From: Methylomicrobium sp.
GTDB taxonomy: Bacteria > Pseudomonadota > Gammaproteobacteria > Methylococcales > Methylomonadaceae
Length of the DNA stretch: 64,000 bases
Direction of reading: 5' to 3'
NCBI GenBank assembly: GCA_018333785.1
Contig: JAGXSU010000108.1
Span: forward strand, 15,301 to 79,300
Shown here: in pieces, positions 60,546-64,000 of the stretch
How the letters are laid out: each line of letters begins with the position of its first letter
How positions within the stretch are numbered: position 1 is the first letter of the stretch
The notes under the pieces: generated by a model
Seen by the model: the letters and a program-made list of their open reading frames with translations, nothing else
Database searches by the model: none
What the model was told of the DNA's origin: nothing
Translations under genes and position numbers: made by a program

Positions 60546-63299
60546 GTGCAAACACTCAATCCCCGTTATCTTGTTGGCATAGACCTTGGCACTACGCATA
60601 CTGTCGTTGCTTATACTCCTGCTGATCAGTCCGGCGCTGAGATAAAAATATTCCTCATCGAGCAGTTGGTGGCGCCCGGTGAAGTCGCTGCGCGTCCTTT
60701 GCTGCCTTCAGTTCGGTATCATCCGGCGGAAGGCGAGCTTTCCGATGCGGATCTCGCGTTTTTGCCGACTCAAGACAAATCTGTCATGGGCGAAGCGGCC
60801 CGGGTTTTGGGCGCTAAAACGCAAGGTCGGTTCGTTACCAGTGCTAAAAGCTGGTTGTCCCACCCATCTGTGGATCATACGGCCGATATTCTGCCTTGGG
60901 GTAGCAGTGAAGACGTGGTCAAAGTGTCACCCTTGGCCGCCAGTGCAGGATATCTGGATCATATTCGAATGGTCTGGCGACATCAATTTCCGAACGCTCC
61001 GCTTGAAGAACAGGACATTGTGATTACGGTTCCGGCGTCATTTGATGAAGGCGCCAGGTCATTAACCGTGGAAGCGGCTAAAATCGCCGGGCTTGACCGC
61101 GTAAAATTGCTGGAAGAACCGCAAGCAGTGTGTTACGACTGGTTGCAACGTCATGCCGGCAGTATCAATCAGCAATTGGCCGATGTGCACTTATTGCTGG
61201 TTTGCGATGTGGGCGGCGGAACCACCGATTTAACACTGATTAAAGTTGAGCCGGGAGAACCGGAGCCCAAATTGACGCGTATCGGCGTCGGCGATCATTT
61301 GATGCTGGGCGGGGATAATATTGATTTGGCCTTAGCGCATCTGGCTGAACAACGCCTTGTTTCAGATGCCAAGCGCTTGTCAGCGGCTGATCTGTCTCAG
61401 TTGATCGAACAATGCCGCATTGTTAAAGAAAAATTATTGGCGCAAGATGCGCCCGAACAGCTTTCCGTTACCTTGCTGGGTGGGGGTTCACGCTTGATTG
61501 GCAGTGCCCGGTCGGTAGTGCTGACCCGAGATGAGGTCAGGTCGATCGCGTTGGACGGCTTTTTCCCGTTATCGCAATTAAACGAGTTGCCTGATCGCAA
61601 ACGCAGCGGCGTGGTTGAATTCGGATTGCCTTATGCGGCGGAACCGGCAATCAGTAAACATATTGCCGCGTTTTTGAAGTTGCACAGTCAGGCTGCGCTT
61701 GATGCCATGCAAGGCGAGGGCAAAGTTCCCGATGCATTGCTGCTTAATGGCGGAGTGTTCAGAAGTGAGCCAATTACGCGCCGTGTGCAGGACTTGATAA
61801 CCGCCTGGCGAGGCAAGGCGCCCAAATTGCTGGATAACCGTCATCCGGAACTGGCCGTGGCGATAGGGGCCGTCAGCTATGCTTTGGCCCGGCGTAACAA
61901 ACAGGTACGCATCGGTGGTGGGGCCGCGCGCAGTTATTTCCTGGCGGTGGATACCGATGGTGATTGTCAGCAAGGCGTTTGCATTCTTCCGCGCGGCTGC
62001 GAGGAAGGGCATGAAATTGTATTGCAAGACCGGCAGTTTGCCTTGCGTTTGGGGCAGCCCGTGCGATTTCATCTGGTTTCTACAACCGGAGACGCTGAGT
62101 TCAAACCGGGTGAAATTGCCACGATAACCGATGACCGGTTTCAAACTTTACCCCCTTTGGCCGTGGCTTTGGCAGCTACTGAGCACTCCTCTTCAGCGCA
62201 GGAGATTGTAAAGTTAGCCGTCACGCTGACAGAAATCGGTACATTGAAAATTCAGTGCGTATCGGTTAAAGATCCCCATCAACGCTGGGATGTCGAATAC
62301 CAAATCAGGCGAAAAAACAACCTGAGTACGGCAGATCAAGCCATTTTGCCGCCACAGTTCAATAAAGCCATTGAATTGGTCCAGACTGTTTTCGGTTCAC
62401 GGTCCAAAGATGTCAATCCAAAAGCGGTCAAAAGTCTGCGCGCGGATCTTGAAAAATTACTGGGTTCTGCACGCAGCGAATGGGAAACTCCCTTGCTGAG
62501 AGGCTTGTTTGCTGCGTTGCTTGACGGCATGAAATACCGCAAACGATCGGAAAACCACGAGCGGGTCTGGTTGAGCCTGACCGGTTATTGTCTTCGTCCG
62601 GGCTTGGGGTATCCTCTGGATGACTGGCGTGTTGAGCAGTTATGGAAAATTTATGATCAAGGTATTCAATTTGTCAATGAAACGCAGAACTGGAGCGAAT
62701 GGTGGACGTTGTGGCGGCGGGTTGCCGGTGGTTTGAATGTTGCTGCACAGGAAAGGATCAGTGACGATATCGGCAAATTTTTAAATCCGGCTTCGGCCCG
62801 GCAGCCGGCAGTTGCCAGGCAAATGAAAACACGGAGTTATGACGATATGGTCAGACTGGCTGCCGTGCTGGAAAAGTTGCCGGTGCCCAAGAAAATTCAG
62901 TTAGGCGAGTGGTTGTTAAATCGCTTGAGTAAACCCGGAGAGTCGGAGCAAAGCTGGTGGGCGTTAGGCCGTATCGGTGCCCGCATGCCTTTTTACGGCA
63001 GCAGTCATGCCATCATTGCTCCTAAACTGGCCTCAGAATGGCTGCAGCAAGTGATGCAGGCTGATTGGAAGAAAATACCTCAGGCCGGATTTGCGGCAAC
63101 GTTAATTGCGCGTATGAGCGGCGATCGCACCCGCGATATCGACGAAAAGCTCAGGATAGACATTATCGAGCAATTAAAACAAGCCAAAGCACCTGCGTCC
63201 TGGATAGAGATGGTCGAAACGCACAAGCAACTGGATGAAAAAGAAGAAAAGCAAATCTTCGGCGAAGCCTTGCCGCCCGGTTTAAAACTGATTCAGTAG
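60546..63299 (+). CDS. Non-canonical Hsp70-family ATPase, long form with a ~330-aa extra helical C-terminal domain
   Basis: A paralogue of the preceding gene, sharing GIDLGTTHTV, SAKSWLSH, ITVPASFDEGARSLTVEAAKIAGL, DVGGGTTDLT, GDHLMLGGDNID and LLNGGV. It adds a Trp-rich C-terminal region (WSEWWTLWRR...). GTG start. Confidence 0.85.
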   Translation: MQTLNPRYLVGIDLGTTHTVVAYTPADQSGAEIKIFLIEQLVAPGEVAARPLLPSVRYHPAEGELSDADLAFLPTQDKSVMGEAARVLGAKTQGRFVTSAKSWLSHPSVDHTADILPWGSSEDVVKVSPLAASAGYLDHIRMVWRHQFPNAPLEEQDIVITVPASFDEGARSLTVEAAKIAGLDRVKLLEEPQAVCYDWLQRHAGSINQQLADVHLLLVCDVGGGTTDLTLIKVEPGEPEPKLTRIGVGDHLMLGGDNIDLALAHLAEQRLVSDAKRLSAADLSQLIEQCRIVKEKLLAQDAPEQLSVTLLGGGSRLIGSARSVVLTRDEVRSIALDGFFPLSQLNELPDRKRSGVVEFGLPYAAEPAISKHIAAFLKLHSQAALDAMQGEGKVPDALLLNGGVFRSEPITRRVQDLITAWRGKAPKLLDNRHPELAVAIGAVSYALARRNKQVRIGGGAARSYFLAVDTDGDCQQGVCILPRGCEEGHEIVLQDRQFALRLGQPVRFHLVSTTGDAEFKPGEIATITDDRFQTLPPLAVALAATEHSSSAQEIVKLAVTLTEIGTLKIQCVSVKDPHQRWDVEYQIRRKNNLSTADQAILPPQFNKAIELVQTVFGSRSKDVNPKAVKSLRADLEKLLGSARSEWETPLLRGLFAALLDGMKYRKRSENHERVWLSLTGYCLRPGLGYPLDDWRVEQLWKIYDQGIQFVNETQNWSEWWTLWRRVAGGLNVAAQERISDDIGKFLNPASARQPAVARQMKTRSYDDMVRLAAVLEKLPVPKKIQLGEWLLNRLSKPGESEQSWWALGRIGARMPFYGSSHAIIAPKLASEWLQQVMQADWKKIPQAGFAATLIARMSGDRTRDIDEKLRIDIIEQLKQAKAPASWIEMVETHKQLDEKEEKQIFGEALPPGLKLIQ

Positions 63300-63320
63300 T
63301 CATTGCCCTGAAAGCGAGAG

Positions 63321-63425
63321 GTAGGGTGGTTTCGCATAACGAAGTGAAGCAAACCGCCATGAGGGAGGGCAATCCCCAAATCAAGCCGTCATGGTGTATT
63401 GCCTATCGGCGAATACACCTTACCT
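63321..63425. repeat. Two REP-type hairpins with GTAGG/GTAAGG heads
   Basis: gtagggtggtttcgc...gcaaaccgcc, and ggtgtattgcc-tatc-ggcgaatacacc followed by ttacc. Confidence 0.55.
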
Positions 63426-63433
63426 TCTGCGCC

Positions 63434-63664
63434 TTATGCTTTTGTTATGCTTTTACCGTTTAATTGATTTGAAATTTCAATATCTTTTTTAAGCAGTGTA
63501 TTGATCACTTGATTGAGCGAAAAACCGTGTCCCTTGGCTTTGAGCCTGTCCATAAAAAACTCTTTGACCTCTTTATCAAGGTAAATTGGTATATCAAGTT
63601 CCTCGATTGGCCTATAGAATTTACCTTGTTCCGCACCACTAAAATCATATTCATCTTTCATCAT
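63434..63664 (-). CDS. Small ribbon-helix-helix (CopG/BrnA-like) antitoxin-like protein
   Basis: MMKDEYDFSGAEQGKFYRP...IPIYLDKEVKEFFMDRLKAKG..SLNQVINTLLKKDIE fits a beta-strand + two-helix RHH pattern. GAAGG lies 8 nt upstream of the ATG. No partner toxin ORF is adjacent. Confidence 0.45.
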   Translation of the reverse strand: MMKDEYDFSGAEQGKFYRPIEELDIPIYLDKEVKEFFMDRLKAKGHGFSLNQVINTLLKKDIEISNQLNGKSITKA

Positions 63665-63692
63665 GGATGCCTTCTTTGATATTCCTTGTCCG

Positions 63693-63762
63693 GTAGGATG
63701 CGGTGAGGAACGAACAGTATCAATCGCGAACGATGCGGTTCACGATGTTTACCGCATCCTAC
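63693..63762. repeat. Inverted pair of GTAGGATGCGGT REP heads
   Basis: gtaggatgcggt at 63693-63704 and its exact reverse complement accgcatcctac at 63751-63762. Confidence 0.7.
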
Positions 63763-63914
63763 GGGCTGGTACATAGAGCCGCATAATTTTGAACAGGACA
63801 AGATTAACATTGCCTCGGAGTAGGTTTGGTAGCTTTTGCAAAAAGAAAGACTTGACCCCTCTGCCCTTTTATTGGTCGTTCGAGAGACATATTTTTTGTA
63901 AAATATAGGTTGAG

Positions 63915-64000
63915 TTATGATTTGACTTTTAAACTGTCTAACTTTTTTTTAAGCTTTTCCTCTGTAATCTTTTCATCATATCGAAACTCAATTAGCTTAT
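63915..64000 (-). CDS. 3' end of an unidentified ORF running in from beyond the window end
   Basis: The minus-strand frame is open from 64000 and reads ...KLIEFRYDEKITEEKLKKKLDSLKVKS*. It is too short to identify. Confidence 0.25.
   Translation of the reverse strand, partial: KLIEFRYDEKITEEKLKKKLDSLKVKS

Overview
Everything here is read by eye from the sequence and the ORF track. No database search or RNA-folding run was possible, so family names are motif-based calls.

The window looks like ordinary chromosomal DNA from a gammaproteobacterium. PPi-dependent phosphofructokinase, Rnf, a DAB-type carbon uptake cluster, an MNIO metallophore cluster, a PEP-CTERM protein and dense REP/MITE repeats would fit a Methylococcales-type methanotroph, but that is only inference.

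I support about 50 CDS, one tRNA-Phe, one c-di-GMP-I riboswitch-like leader, several sigma-70 promoters and intrinsic terminators, one MITE family (an intact copy with TIRs and a target-site duplication, plus degenerate copies), and at least two REP-type palindrome families. I saw no rRNA, CRISPR array, transposase, integrase or prophage.

Gene order:
- Partial lipoprotein, then riboswitch-S8 protease and a PEP-CTERM protein.
- GCS2 ligase + M14 peptidase; speE-like + ygiQ; alkA-like; tRNA-Phe.
- Fused membrane/SpeE-like protein + dihaem cytochrome.
- PAS / CheB-CheR-PAS / PAS-GGDEF-EAL operon; porin; solo oadB.
- Five-gene DabA cluster; rnfABCDGE-nth.
- hvfABC-like RiPP metallophore cluster; hemL; beta-carbonic anhydrase; sigma-54 activator; ispB.
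- rplU-rpmA-obg-proB; rpsT; murJ; HDOD protein; pfp.
- DUF2760 + two Hsp70-like ATPases; orphan RHH antitoxin-like gene.

Best candidates for an undescribed system:
1. The five-gene DabA cluster with four complex-I antiporter-like subunits (24792-34371).
2. The membrane-anchored DUF2760 / double Hsp70-like triad (57792-63299).
3. The EGxCG-repeat MNIO metallophore cluster (40543-42602), whose family was described only recently.
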